From Campylobacteraceae bacterium (GTDB taxonomy: Bacteria > Campylobacterota > Campylobacteria > Campylobacterales > Sulfurovaceae), in NCBI GenBank assembly GCA_026994745.1, contig JALWPZ010000155.1, positions 1 to 59,231 of the forward strand: DNA of 59,231 bases, given 5' to 3'. Shown piece by piece: positions 1-9,833 of this stretch. The stretch's first letter is position 1. Each line of letters begins with the position of its first letter. The notes below the pieces were generated by a model. The model did no database searches and was not told the DNA's origin. It worked only from the letters and a program-made list of their open reading frames with translations. A program made the translations under genes and the position numbers.

Positions 1-2
1 AA

Positions 3-446
3 GAGAACGAGATCTGGGCCCGCTCCATGTTCTTCGGATATGGTTCACTGCTGGTGGCGGTAGTGCTGGCGATCCCCGCCATGGTCTTCGGTTGGGAGAA
101 TTTCATTCTCGCTTCGGCCTGGTTCCTGATCATGGGCTTCGTCACCTTCCTGATCACAGGGCATCTCTACAAGATCATCCCCTTTCTGGTCTGGTTCGAG
201 CGATACAGTCCCCTGGTGGGCAAACAGAGGGTTCCGATGCTTCACGAGATGATCCCCAAGAAGATGGGGGATTGGGAATTCCTCTTTACCGCGGCGGGGG
301 TCGTCGTCGCCGGATTGGGTATACTTTTCGGATCGCGGGACCTCTATATGGGAGGGGTCGCGCTCTTCATCGTGGGTGCGGGCTTTTTGCTGGCGAGTGT
401 GCGCTGGATGCTGGCATTCGGCAAGAACGAAACAGGTGAGCAGTGA
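3..446 (+). CDS. Integral membrane protein, C-terminal part (5' truncated by window); family usually adjacent to DUF59 genes
   Basis: Frame open from position 3; several hydrophobic helices and a YKIIPFLVWF..Y...VGK..VP segment; stop at 444-446. Confidence 0.7.
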   Translation, partial: ENEIWARSMFFGYGSLLVAVVLAIPAMVFGWENFILASAWFLIMGFVTFLITGHLYKIIPFLVWFERYSPLVGKQRVPMLHEMIPKKMGDWEFLFTAAGVVVAGLGILFGSRDLYMGGVALFIVGAGFLLASVRWMLAFGKNETGEQ

Positions 447-536
447 TCGATCGTATCGTTTTACGGCGCTGCTCGACAATGATGATCAATACGACAGATC
501 CGTTATGGGATCGTGGTCGTGAATGGAAGGAAAGAT

Positions 537-848
537 ATGTGTGAGATCACGAAAGAACAGGTCTACGATGCGATCAGCAACGTGATCGACCCCGAAGTCG
601 GCTTCAATCTGGTGGAGATGGGTCTGATCTACGATGCCATCATCGATGAGGATTGCAACGTCAAGGTGGTCATGACCCTCTCGACCCGGGGGTGCCCCCT
701 GCACCAGATGCTCACCCAGTGGGTCAAGGATGCGGTGATGAACCGGGTTCCCGGTGTCAAGGATGTGGAGGTGGAAGTGGTCTGGGAGCCCGCCTGGAAC
801 ATCTCCATGGCCGACGACAACGTCAAGAAGGCCCTGGGCGCCCTCTAA
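537..848 (+). CDS. Metal-sulfur cluster assembly factor (DUF59/SufT/PaaD-like)
   Basis: VIDPEVGFNLVEMGLIY, MTLSTRGCPL and VWEPAW motifs; ATG 537 after GAAGGA. Confidence 0.9.
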   Translation: MCEITKEQVYDAISNVIDPEVGFNLVEMGLIYDAIIDEDCNVKVVMTLSTRGCPLHQMLTQWVKDAVMNRVPGVKDVEVEVVWEPAWNISMADDNVKKALGAL

Positions 849-872
849 GGGTCTGATGGGATCGGTTCCGGG

Positions 873-3401
873 ATGAAAAAAGCGCTCTTCCTTCTGCTCC
901 TTTTGCCGTTTCTCGCCGCCGGGGTACTCTTTACCGGTGTCGGGCAGGAGAAGGTGCTGCTTCCCGCGGCCAACTGGATACTTTCGGACAAGATTCCCGG
1001 CCATCGTTTGAAGCTCAAAGAGCTCCGGCCGGGGTGGAACACCCTCTACCTGGTCGGAACGATCGACGGGTCGATCCGTTTTCAGGCCAAAGGGCCCGCC
1101 AACTGGTGGAAACGTCGTTTCCGGCTCCAGTACGAGATCCTGGCCGACTCCATCGAGAACCGTGGGGTTCGCCATCGTCTCGATCTTCGGGTGACGGGGG
1201 AAGCCGTCGGGGACCCCACCTCGATGAAGGTCGAGGGGATGGGTCGCGCTTTCGCCGCTCCTCTTCATTTTCGCTTTGCCCTCAACGAGGGAAAACTCGA
1301 AGGTCTGGATCTGACCCTGGATGGGGCCCGCCTGCGACAGATTCTCGCCCTGGCCGATCTCCCGCCGTACGCGTCGGGATCCCTGAAGCTCCAGGTCGCG
1401 ATGCCCCGTTTCGACCCCGATCGGCCGGAAGGAGAGCTCCGTTTCCATCTGGCCCGGGGGAGGCTCAATGCCGCGCTGTTGGCGAAAGAGGGGATCGTCG
1501 TTCCCAAAGGAAGCCCATTGAAAGCGGAGGGCTATCTCGAGGCCGACGGGAAACTTCTCAAAGGGGAGGGGAGTTTCGAGAGCTCCTTCGCACGGCTGGA
1601 CCTGGAGAGGGTCCGCAGCGATGCCGCGTTGCGGATCGTCAAGTCGGGTTACCGTATCGACGTCAAAAAGCTCGAGGAGATCCAGGGGATCACCCCGGTT
1701 CCGATGCAGGGGCGTCTCGTTACGTCGGGAGAGTTCTATTTCGATCGGATCAAAAAGCTCCTGCAGCTCAAAGGCTCCAGCGACTCCCTGGGAGGGAAGC
1801 TCGCCTATCTCTATGACGGAACGGGCCTGCGGGTCGATCTGAGCAAAGTAGAGGCGCCCCGGGTGTTGGGGATCTTGTTGCAACCTCCCTATCTGAGCCA
1901 AGGCTTGCTCGATGGCCGGATCCGCCTGGAGGACCCGAAACGTCTGCTGGGGGATTTCGACCTGGCCCTTGCCGGGGCATGGGACCGGGCTGCCTTTCCG
2001 CCCGCTTCCGCGGCGGGAAGGGCTCTGGCCGGGAAATTCCGGCTAAAGCTCCTTGGAGAGCTGAAGGGAGACCGGGTCCTGACCCGGGCCGATTATCGGT
2101 CCGTTCCTTTCGATCTCGATCTGCGGAAAGGGCGCTACCTCCTCCTGGCCAAAAGTTTCGAGGCCGAGTACCGCCTGAAGAGCCCCGATCTCTCCCGTCT
2201 CAGTGCCCAAGCGGTGAAGGGCCCCTTCCAAGCCCAGGGAAAGCTGCAGTATCTGGGAATCAAAAAGCGCCTGGTCCTGGAAGGATTCAGTCGGAGCTTC
2301 GGTGGCAAGACCCACTGGAAGCTCGACGGCGACACTCTGAAGCTGACGATGAAGGAGCTCGATCCGACGGGAATCCTGCGCCGGCTCTCCCAGCCGGTCT
2401 TGTTCCAGAAGGGACGATTGGATGGGGAGTTGAACCTTCGCAGCCTGGCCAAGAGCCGGGGGACGTTCCATTACAAGCTTCATGGACAGGTCGACCGAAA
2501 AGCCTGGAAGAGATCCCTGGACGTGGATCCGGGCAAGGGTCTGATGATCGACGCGACCGGAAAAGGGGCTCTGGCCGGGGATCGGGTCACCCTGGAGAGT
2601 CGGATCAAGAGCGGCCTGGAAGAATTGAATCTGCGTAAGGTCCGTTATCGTCTGAGCCAACGGGAACTGCTGGGACGATACGAATTGAAGATCCCCGAGC
2701 TGGGCAGACTGAAGTCCCTTTTGGGAAAGAGCTACCGGGGAAGCTTCCGCACCACCGGGGAGTTCCGCTATGACGGGAAGCTTTGGTACGTTCGGGGCAA
2801 GGGTAGCCAGTGGGGTGGGGCCTTCGCCTATACCCTGGATGGGGAGCGCCTGAAGGCGGAGGCCAGCGGACTGCGGATCGAACGGTTGCTCTCGACCCTT
2901 CGGGCACCCGCCTATCTGGAAGGGAACCTGGATGCGTTGCTGCGCTACGATCTGGGCAAGCGGGTGGGAACCCTGGGAGCCAAGGGCAAAGGGCTTCGGC
3001 TCAAATCGAGCCCCCTGACCCAGGCGGCGAGCCTCATCCTCAAAACCGACCTGAGCCGGGAACTCTTCCAGGAGGCGATCCTGCGTTCGGGGATCAAAGG
3101 GGATCAGGTGATCTTCGATCTCGACGCCCACTCGCCCAAGATCCGACTCGCCGTGAAGAAGGGACACTTCGACCGTGCCCGGCAGCGGATCGACGCCGTC
3201 GTGAATCTCTGGAAGAAAGAGAAGCACTACAAAATCCAGATCAAAGGACCTCTCAATCGGCCCCAGGTGATCCCGATCCTGACCGACGCACTGGAGAAAA
3301 AGATCCAGCATGAGATCAAAAAGCACGATCTGGAGAAAAAGATCCCCAAGGAGCTACGCAAGGTGGCTCCCGTCGAAGAGCTCATCCGAAGTATTTTTTG
3401 A
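873..3401 (+). CDS. Large N-terminally anchored beta-rich protein, AsmA/TamB-like, with internal repeats
   Basis: 842-aa ORF; N-terminal hydrophobic anchor; amphipathic beta pattern; about four repeated modules; C-terminal IKGPLNRPQV. Confidence 0.6.
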   Translation: MKKALFLLLLLPFLAAGVLFTGVGQEKVLLPAANWILSDKIPGHRLKLKELRPGWNTLYLVGTIDGSIRFQAKGPANWWKRRFRLQYEILADSIENRGVRHRLDLRVTGEAVGDPTSMKVEGMGRAFAAPLHFRFALNEGKLEGLDLTLDGARLRQILALADLPPYASGSLKLQVAMPRFDPDRPEGELRFHLARGRLNAALLAKEGIVVPKGSPLKAEGYLEADGKLLKGEGSFESSFARLDLERVRSDAALRIVKSGYRIDVKKLEEIQGITPVPMQGRLVTSGEFYFDRIKKLLQLKGSSDSLGGKLAYLYDGTGLRVDLSKVEAPRVLGILLQPPYLSQGLLDGRIRLEDPKRLLGDFDLALAGAWDRAAFPPASAAGRALAGKFRLKLLGELKGDRVLTRADYRSVPFDLDLRKGRYLLLAKSFEAEYRLKSPDLSRLSAQAVKGPFQAQGKLQYLGIKKRLVLEGFSRSFGGKTHWKLDGDTLKLTMKELDPTGILRRLSQPVLFQKGRLDGELNLRSLAKSRGTFHYKLHGQVDRKAWKRSLDVDPGKGLMIDATGKGALAGDRVTLESRIKSGLEELNLRKVRYRLSQRELLGRYELKIPELGRLKSLLGKSYRGSFRTTGEFRYDGKLWYVRGKGSQWGGAFAYTLDGERLKAEASGLRIERLLSTLRAPAYLEGNLDALLRYDLGKRVGTLGAKGKGLRLKSSPLTQAASLILKTDLSRELFQEAILRSGIKGDQVIFDLDAHSPKIRLAVKKGHFDRARQRIDAVVNLWKKEKHYKIQIKGPLNRPQVIPILTDALEKKIQHEIKKHDLEKKIPKELRKVAPVEELIRSIF

Positions 3402-3429
3402 ACGGTCGACACCCTGAAGGAGCGAAGGA

Positions 3430-3669
3430 ATGAACAAACTGTTGCGGGAGATCTACGGAGCCGGGATCCTCTTTTTCTACTATTTCAAATGGCCCATGAT
3501 CCTCGGGTATCCGGCCCTGGTCTATGGTCTGGACTATCCCCGCTGGTGGGTCATGGATCTGCTCTGGGTCTACTGCGTTGCGCTGGTGATCAAGGATTTC
3601 ATCTGGAAATTCATTCTCAAAAGAAGCTACTGTGAGGATATAAACTGTGGCAAAGGAAAAAAAGGATGA
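3430..3669 (+). CDS. Small membrane protein, hypothetical
   Basis: 79 aa, two hydrophobic segments, GAAGGAG/AAGGA upstream. Confidence 0.75.
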   Translation: MNKLLREIYGAGILFFYYFKWPMILGYPALVYGLDYPRWWVMDLLWVYCVALVIKDFIWKFILKRSYCEDINCGKGKKG

Positions 3670-3857
3670 ATATCCAACCGTGGATCTATTTGATGCTTCC
3701 ATTTTGACAGGTGGAATGTAGATCCGAACTTTGATAGAGATTGAATACTTCCGTAATAATGTATTTCACTGGAACTACGGAAGCAGATCAGATCAAAGAT
3801 CGTCTGACTGAATCGATCGTCGAATCTAGGCGTGGCCGCTGTGGTTGTAGTGGGACG

Positions 3858-3934
3858 TGGAGCTGATAGCGGGACTCGAACCCGCGACCTCCTGATTACG
3901 AATCAGGTGCTCTAGCCAGCTGAGCTATATCAGC
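3858..3934 (-). tRNA. tRNA-Thr (anticodon CGT)
   Basis: Reverse complement GCTGATA-TAGCTCAGCTGGCTAGAGC-A-CCTGA-TTCGTAA-TCAGG-AGGTC-GCGGG-TTCGAGT-CCCGC-TATCAGC-TCCA: full cloverleaf with encoded CCA. Confidence 0.97.
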
Positions 3935-3992
3935 ATATTGAGGTGAAGAGAGTGTGGAATTGTACTTCGTCGACGCGAAAAAATCAACTTTT

Positions 3993-4535
3993 TCAATGAT
4001 CGAGAGTGGCAGCTTCTTCAAAGAGCCTCTTCCAGCGGCGGATCATACTCTGATAATGATCTCCTTTCCAGTAGACCCGATGGCACCGGGGGCATACTTT
4101 GAAAGAGTCATGGGTCTGAAGCGCCCCGGGTGGAATCGATCCGGCGATCCTCTCTTTTCTCACCGTCTCCAAGACTTCATTGCACTCCATACAGCGGGTA
4201 AAAGGTGCAAAAGTGGAAGCCAGGGGGAAGGCATGGATCATCTCCAGAAGCTCTCCTTCCAGATCCTGGGAGTGGAGAAGAAGCAGGGGGAGAGAACGTC
4301 TCTGGAGGAATTCCCGGTCCCGGCTCAGTAGTATTCGATTCTCTTTACGGGCGAGTTCCGCCAAATCCCGATCGTTCTCGATGGGACAGGAGAGGGTGTC
4401 GTATCCTGCGAATCGGAGATGCCGGGCGAGTTTTCCCAGGTGACAGTCGGCGAGGAAGCGAGGGGGCTCCGGGCACTCCGGCGCGTTTGCTGATTCATCT
4501 CCCATTAAGATCTTTTCCGATAGAATCCCGTCCAT
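3993..4535 (-). CDS. Mut7-C RNase / PIN-domain protein with C-terminal Zn ribbon
   Basis: [45 protein letters not shown]; ATG 4535 after GAAGGAG (alternative start 4505). Confidence 0.88.
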   Translation of the reverse strand: MDGILSEKILMGDESANAPECPEPPRFLADCHLGKLARHLRFAGYDTLSCPIENDRDLAELARKENRILLSRDREFLQRRSLPLLLLHSQDLEGELLEMIHAFPLASTFAPFTRCMECNEVLETVRKERIAGSIPPGALQTHDSFKVCPRCHRVYWKGDHYQSMIRRWKRLFEEAATLDH

Positions 4536-4600
4536 ATTTTCTCCTTCGTGCCGATTCGGCACTCGAGGCATACGATTCAAGACAAGAAAAGGATATCCAA

Positions 4601-4735
4601 ATGAAACGAACCTATCAACCGCACAATACACCTCGCAAGCGTACTCATGGTTTCCGTACCCGGATGAAGACCAAGAACGGACGCAAGATCATCAACGCCC
4701 GCCGTGCCAAAGGCAGAAAAAGATTAGCCGTCTAA
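4601..4735 (+). CDS. rpmH: 50S ribosomal protein L34
   Basis: [44 protein letters not shown]; AAGGA SD. Confidence 0.99.
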   Translation: MKRTYQPHNTPRKRTHGFRTRMKTKNGRKIINARRAKGRKRLAV

Positions 4736-5073
4736 AACACTTCCGGAGTCTCACCGAACAACGGGACTTCGATACTGTCTATCGCCGGCCTAGCAAGGTC
4801 TGGCACACTCCAAACTTCGTACTCTTCTATCTACGATCCGAGGAACACTCCTTCGCGGTTGTCGCCGGAAAGAAAGTTGGCAAAGCCGTGGAACGGAACC
4901 GGGCAAAGCGCCGTCTTCGAGCTCTGCTCCTCCTGCATATCGATCGGCTTGGACCCGGACGATACATACTGGTGGCCAAAGCTCCGATTCTACAAGCCCC
5001 TTTCGGGCAATTGGAAGAGGAGTGGAGCAAGGCGCTGAAAAAGGCCGGTGTCCTCCAAAGTCGATCGGCGTAA
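4723..5073 (+). CDS. rnpA: Ribonuclease P protein component (start uncertain; ATT at 4723 proposed)
   Basis: Manual translation [22 protein letters not shown]...[23 protein letters not shown] (RNR motif); directly after rpmH; no in-frame ATG/GTG/TTG before 4888. Confidence 0.9.
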   Translation: MSRLKHFRSLTEQRDFDTVYRRPSKVWHTPNFVLFYLRSEEHSFAVVAGKKVGKAVERNRAKRRLRALLLLHIDRLGPGRYILVAKAPILQAPFGQLEEEWSKALKKAGVLQSRSA

Positions 5074-5111
5074 AGCGCCGAAAACATCCACTGTTCTAAA
5101 CCAAAAGAGGA

Positions 5112-5117
5112 TATAAT
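5112..5117 (+). promoter_or_regulatory. Putative sigma70 -10 box for yidC
   Basis: TATAAT about 45 bp upstream of the yidC start. Confidence 0.5.
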
Positions 5118-5160
5118 CTCCCTCTAAATTTTTATTCTCTCCCATAACAAAGGTTTGATT

Positions 5161-6777
5161 TTGGAAAATCTGGATCTCAACAAACGCCTGGTGATCGCTC
5201 TGGTCCTCTCCTTCGTGATCCTATTCGGTTTCAGCTATCTCTTTCCCCAACCGAAGACGAATCCATCAGAACAGAATGCCAGTACTGCGACGCAACAGAG
5301 CACTCAGGATAAAGCAGCGCCCGCCCCATCGGCTGGAACCCCCAGTGCCCAGGCCGCTCCTGTCACGACGACGAAGCTCGCCGAGGCCCATGCCGCCGAG
5401 GCCGGAAAAGCCCTGGTACGGATCGACACCAAAAAATATGTGATGAAGATCGACCGTTTTGGGCGGATCGAGAGTGTGATCCTCAAACAGCACAAATATC
5501 GCGACGAGAATGGTAATCCTCTCGACCTGATCGATCCGAGCAAGACGATGCCTCTGGAAGTACGCTTCGCGGACAAGGCACTCAACGAAGAGGCGTTCAA
5601 GGTTCCCTATACCGCTTCGGCGAAAGAGCTCAACGCCACACAGGAAGCCATTACGCTGACCCTGACCCAGAAGCTGAGCGGCGTGACCCTGAGCAAAGTG
5701 ATGACTTTCCACCCCGATGGCGAGTACGACCTGAAGGTGGACCTGGACAAAAAGGTCGACTACTTTCTCACTACCGGCCACCGTCCCGAGGCGGACAAAT
5801 CCAAATACCTCATCGTCCGGGGAGTTCTGGTGTGTGACAGCAAGGGAGTCATTACGACCATCGAGGATGGGGACGCGAAAGAGACGACGAAGATTCCCGA
5901 TGCCACGATCCTCTCTTCGTTCGATCGGTACTATGCGTCCCTCTTCTACAACTTCGATCAACCGTTCCATGTCATCGTGACTCCGGATGTCAACAAGGAT
6001 CCCTTGCCCTTCGTCGCGACCGATGGCTCTCTGAGTGTAAAAGCCTACGTCGGGCCCAAGGAATGGAAGCTTTTCGAGAAGCTCGACCCCCGGCTCACCG
6101 ACGCCATCGAGTTCGGATGGTTCACCTTCCTGGCCAAGCCCTTCTTCCGGGTCATGTTGGCGATCTACGACTTCGTGGGCAACTGGGGATGGGCCATCGT
6201 TCTCTTCACCCTCCTGGTCAAACTGGTGCTCTTCCCCCTCTCCTACAAGGGGATGATGTCGATGCAGAAGCTCAAGGACCTGGCTCCCAAGATGAAGGAG
6301 ATCAAGGAGCGCTACGGCAAGGATCCCGCCAAGATGAACCAGCAGATGATGGAGCTCTACAAGAAGCATGGCGCCAACCCCATGGGAGGATGTCTGCCGA
6401 TGATCCTGCAGATCCCGGTTTTCTTCGCCCTCTATCGGGTTCTGCTCAACGCCGACGAACTCCAGGGGGCTCCCTGGATCCTCTGGATCACCGATCTCTC
6501 CCGCCAGGATCCCTATTTCATACTGCCGATCCTCATGGGAGCCACGATGTTCCTGCAGCAGCAGATCACTCCCAATACCATGACCGATCCCATGCAGCAG
6601 AAGATCTTCAAATGGTTCCCCGTCCTGATGACCTTTTTCTTCCTGACCTTCCCCGCGGGATTGGTGCTCTACTGGCTGACCAACAACATTCTCTCCATCG
6701 CACAGCAGTACTACATCAACCATGCCTACGAAAAGCACAAGGCGCGTTTCAAAGCCAAACATGGCGATAAAGAGTGA
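5161..6777 (+). CDS. yidC: Membrane protein insertase YidC
   Basis: GNWGWAIVLFT, MELYKKHGANPMGGCLP, DPYFILP, FPAGLVLYW motifs; TTG start with AAGG SD. Confidence 0.97.
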   Translation: MENLDLNKRLVIALVLSFVILFGFSYLFPQPKTNPSEQNASTATQQSTQDKAAPAPSAGTPSAQAAPVTTTKLAEAHAAEAGKALVRIDTKKYVMKIDRFGRIESVILKQHKYRDENGNPLDLIDPSKTMPLEVRFADKALNEEAFKVPYTASAKELNATQEAITLTLTQKLSGVTLSKVMTFHPDGEYDLKVDLDKKVDYFLTTGHRPEADKSKYLIVRGVLVCDSKGVITTIEDGDAKETTKIPDATILSSFDRYYASLFYNFDQPFHVIVTPDVNKDPLPFVATDGSLSVKAYVGPKEWKLFEKLDPRLTDAIEFGWFTFLAKPFFRVMLAIYDFVGNWGWAIVLFTLLVKLVLFPLSYKGMMSMQKLKDLAPKMKEIKERYGKDPAKMNQQMMELYKKHGANPMGGCLPMILQIPVFFALYRVLLNADELQGAPWILWITDLSRQDPYFILPILMGATMFLQQQITPNTMTDPMQQKIFKWFPVLMTFFFLTFPAGLVLYWLTNNILSIAQQYYINHAYEKHKARFKAKHGDKE

Positions 6778-6790
6778 GGGTAAGTGCCCG

Positions 6791-7669
6791 ATGAAGAAGA
6801 TCGAAGCGGCAAGCCTGGAGGCGGCCTACGCCCTCGCCTGTCAGGAGTTGGATTGCTCCATCAACGAACTGAGATACGAAATCGTCCAGTATCCCAGCAA
6901 AGGAATCCTGGGCCTATTCGCCAAGCCTGCGATCATCGTGGCGGCGGTGGAACGAACGATCGTTGAAACCCACGAACGTCCCGGGGAGACAAAACCGACG
7001 AGCGAAGAGGCGGAGGAGACTCCCGAAGAAAGTACCCGTCACGAGGTATCGAACGAGACGAAGGTCCTCGGAAGAGAACCCGATGAATCGAACACGGTCC
7101 CCAAGAAGCAGGAGATCTCTGGATCGGAGCCGGTAAACGACAGCGAAGCGGAGATCATCGAAGGGTTCTTCTCCGACGAGAGACCGGAAAGCGAAGGCGA
7201 GAACGACGAGGCACTTCTGCAGGAGGAGATCGAAGGTACCCTGAAGGATCTGATGGCGAAGAGCTGCTTCGACATCGATGTGGTGGAAGTGGATGTGATC
7301 GAGGATACCGCCTATATCTTCATCGATGGAGAAGACGCGGCTTTGTTGATCGGGAAGGAGGGGTATCGCTACAACGCCATCTCCTATCTACTCTACAACT
7401 GGATCCACACCCGTTACCGTCTCTATACGAAGCTGGAGATCGCCCGCTTTCTTTCCTCCCAGGAAGAGATGATCCGCAAGAACCTCCAGCAGGTCATCGA
7501 GCATGTGGAGAGGGAAGGGTGGGGGAGAACCCGGCCCCTCGACGGGATCCTGGTCCAGATCGCACTGGAGCAGCTACGGGAAGCCTTCCCCAACAAATAC
7601 GTTGCGATCAAACGCCAGCGGGACGGAAAGCGCTACGTACTGATCAACGAGTTCAACAAGAAAAGATGA
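6791..7669 (+). CDS. jag: Jag/KhpB-family RNA-binding protein
   Basis: Jag N-terminus (SKGILGLFAKPA), KH-like LLIGKEG; lies between yidC and mnmE. Confidence 0.88.
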   Translation: MKKIEAASLEAAYALACQELDCSINELRYEIVQYPSKGILGLFAKPAIIVAAVERTIVETHERPGETKPTSEEAEETPEESTRHEVSNETKVLGREPDESNTVPKKQEISGSEPVNDSEAEIIEGFFSDERPESEGENDEALLQEEIEGTLKDLMAKSCFDIDVVEVDVIEDTAYIFIDGEDAALLIGKEGYRYNAISYLLYNWIHTRYRLYTKLEIARFLSSQEEMIRKNLQQVIEHVEREGWGRTRPLDGILVQIALEQLREAFPNKYVAIKRQRDGKRYVLINEFNKKR

Positions 7670-9006
7670 GCGATACCATCGCGGCGATCGCTACTTCCAC
7701 CGGTAGTGCCGCCATCTCCATCGTCCGGATCAGTGGTCCGGACGCTCTCTCCATCGCGAAAAAGATCGCTCCCAAAGCCGATTTGACCCCCCGAAATGCC
7801 GAACTCCGTTCTCTTTACGATCGGGAAGGAAGCCTCATCGATCGGGGCATCGTCCTGCACTTCTCCGCGCCCAACTCCTTCACCGGGGAAGAGATCGTGG
7901 AGTTCCAGTGCCATGGGGGTTTGATCGTGGCCCAGGAGATTCTGGAGGCGAGCATCGCCCATGGTGCACGGATCGCCGATCCGGGGGAATTTAGCAAACG
8001 TGCCTTCCTCAACGGAAAGATCGATCTGAGCGAGGCGGAGGCGATCGCCAAGCTGATCGAAGCCAAAAGCGTCGACGCGGCCCGGATCCTGGCCCGGCAG
8101 GTCAAGGGGGAACTGGGACGTTTCGTCGAGGAGGGGCGAGAGGAGATCCTGCGGGCGATGGCCCATTCCGAAGTGATGATCGATTATGCGGAGGAGGATA
8201 TCCCGGACGATCTGATCGAGGGCTTGAGGGGACAACTTGTCTCTCTCTCGGGTCGCCTGAGACGTACCGTGGAGAGCAGTGAACGGCGCAAGGGACTTCT
8301 CGAGGGGTTTCGGGTCGCCATCGTCGGGAAGCCCAATGTGGGGAAGAGCTCTCTGCTCAATGCGCTACTCGATTACGAACGGGCTATCGTCAGCGATATC
8401 GCGGGGACGACCCGGGACACCATCGAAGAGTCGATCCGGATCGGATCGCACATCATCCGCCTGATCGATACGGCGGGGATCCGGGAAGCGGGGGATCGCA
8501 TCGAGGCGATCGGAGTGGAGCGCAGCCTGCGATCGGTGGAAGAGGCGGAGATCCTGATCGCACTCTTCGACCGCAGCCGCCCCTGGGACGAGGAGGACGA
8601 ACGAATCCTGGAGATGATCCGCCGGGAAAAGGGGAAGCACTGGATCGTGGTCCTGAACAAATGCGATCTCGACACGCGACTCGACGCTGCCCAACTGCAG
8701 GAGTTCGAGCCTCTCGGTCTCAGTGCGAAAGGGGATCTCTCTCCACTGGTGAAACGTCTCGAATCCCTGTTGGACTCCTACGCTACCGACGAAGAGCTCA
8801 TGCTCTCCTCGGCGCGGCAGATCGAGGCGGTCCGGCGCGCGGAAGAGGAGATCCGTCGGGCACTCGAGCCCTTGGAACGAGGGGAGCTGGAGCTCTTCAG
8901 CTATCACCTTCGCGAAGCGGTCGAAGCCCTGGGACGGATCACCCACCCCTACGAGAATGAGGAGATCCTCGATCGGATGTTCGGGGAATTCTGCCTGGGA
9001 AAATAG
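7666..9006 (+). CDS. mnmE: tRNA modification GTPase MnmE
   Basis: DTIAAIAT, GKPNVGKS, GTTRD, DTAG, NKCD, C-terminal FCLGK; ATGA overlap with jag. Confidence 0.98.
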   Translation: MSDTIAAIATSTGSAAISIVRISGPDALSIAKKIAPKADLTPRNAELRSLYDREGSLIDRGIVLHFSAPNSFTGEEIVEFQCHGGLIVAQEILEASIAHGARIADPGEFSKRAFLNGKIDLSEAEAIAKLIEAKSVDAARILARQVKGELGRFVEEGREEILRAMAHSEVMIDYAEEDIPDDLIEGLRGQLVSLSGRLRRTVESSERRKGLLEGFRVAIVGKPNVGKSSLLNALLDYERAIVSDIAGTTRDTIEESIRIGSHIIRLIDTAGIREAGDRIEAIGVERSLRSVEEAEILIALFDRSRPWDEEDERILEMIRREKGKHWIVVLNKCDLDTRLDAAQLQEFEPLGLSAKGDLSPLVKRLESLLDSYATDEELMLSSARQIEAVRRAEEEIRRALEPLERGELELFSYHLREAVEALGRITHPYENEEILDRMFGEFCLGK

Positions 9007-9094
9007 GGGAGATCCCATCGGTGGGAGCCTCTAATCTTCCTTGTGTATAATTGTGGCCAAGAAGCGATCCGATCGGGTCAATGAGGAGATCGAT

Positions 9095-9694
9095 GTGTCG
9101 AAAATATTAAAAACGGTTTTATTGCTCCTGACGGCGCTGGCCCTGAGCGGCTGTGTGCACCAGGAACTGCTGCTCCCCGGAGGTAGCACCGGATCGGTCT
9201 GGAGCAGCGGGGAGGAAAACGCAACGGTGGATGTCTCCGACCTCAACACCAACGTGGAGGAGGAGCAGGCGATCGCCCGAATACCTTTCCCTGCGGATGA
9301 GTACGCCAGACTACCCCGTAGCGGGAACGCCACCGTCAAGGGGAACATCTACGTCGTCGGACCTACGGGCCAGAAGATCTATGGCAAGCAGACCCGACTC
9401 TATCTCAACCCGGTCACCAGTTACTCCCGGCAATGGTACGAGGCGAGCTATCTGGGCGGAAAGAAGATGGCCAAGGCCGACCCCCGCCTCTTTAACTATC
9501 TGAAATTCACCACCTCCGACGCCAACGGTCATTTCGCTTTCTATGGCGTTCCCGCCGGTCGTTACTATGTGATCGGGGTCGTCCGCTGTGGGCAAGAGTG
9601 TGGCTATGACACTCCCCAGAATATCCGGGTGGCCAGGGAAGTCAGTGTAAGCCCCGGCAAAACCGTACAGGTGGAGTTGAGCAAGAACCTCTGA
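9095..9694 (+). CDS. Lipoprotein with carboxypeptidase-regulatory-like beta-sandwich
   Basis: GTG start after GAGGAG; lipobox LSGC; DANGHFAFYGVPAGRYYV; TATAAT at 9046-9051. Confidence 0.8.
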   Translation: MSKILKTVLLLLTALALSGCVHQELLLPGGSTGSVWSSGEENATVDVSDLNTNVEEEQAIARIPFPADEYARLPRSGNATVKGNIYVVGPTGQKIYGKQTRLYLNPVTSYSRQWYEASYLGGKKMAKADPRLFNYLKFTTSDANGHFAFYGVPAGRYYVIGVVRCGQECGYDTPQNIRVAREVSVSPGKTVQVELSKNL

Positions 9695-9698
9695 TTTT

Positions 9699-9760
9699 AG
9701 TGAGGAGTGAGGAATTAGGAGTGAAGAGTTTTGGTTGGCGTTGCGTTGCAACGCCTTTTT
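9699..9760 (-). repeat. Heptamer-flanked palindromic element, copy 1 (terminator-like on + strand)
   Basis: AGTGAGG AGTGAGG AATTAGG AGTGAAG AG TTTTGGTTG GCGTTGC-GTT-GCAACGC C TTTTT. Confidence 0.9.
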
Positions 9761-9833
9761 GGAACCTGGGATTTATTCCCGCCAGCCAGGGGACGATCGC
9801 TGCATAGTTGGGGTTGAAGGCTCAAAATCCCTT

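Noticed and set aside
3858-3934. Integrated island at tRNA-Thr
   Set aside because: No integrase, and no duplicated tRNA 3' end was seen in the window.
3993-4735. oriC/dnaA next to rpmH, or a toxin-antitoxin pair around the PIN gene
   Set aside because: No dnaA or DnaA-box cluster and no antitoxin ORF; Mut7-C genes are often solitary.
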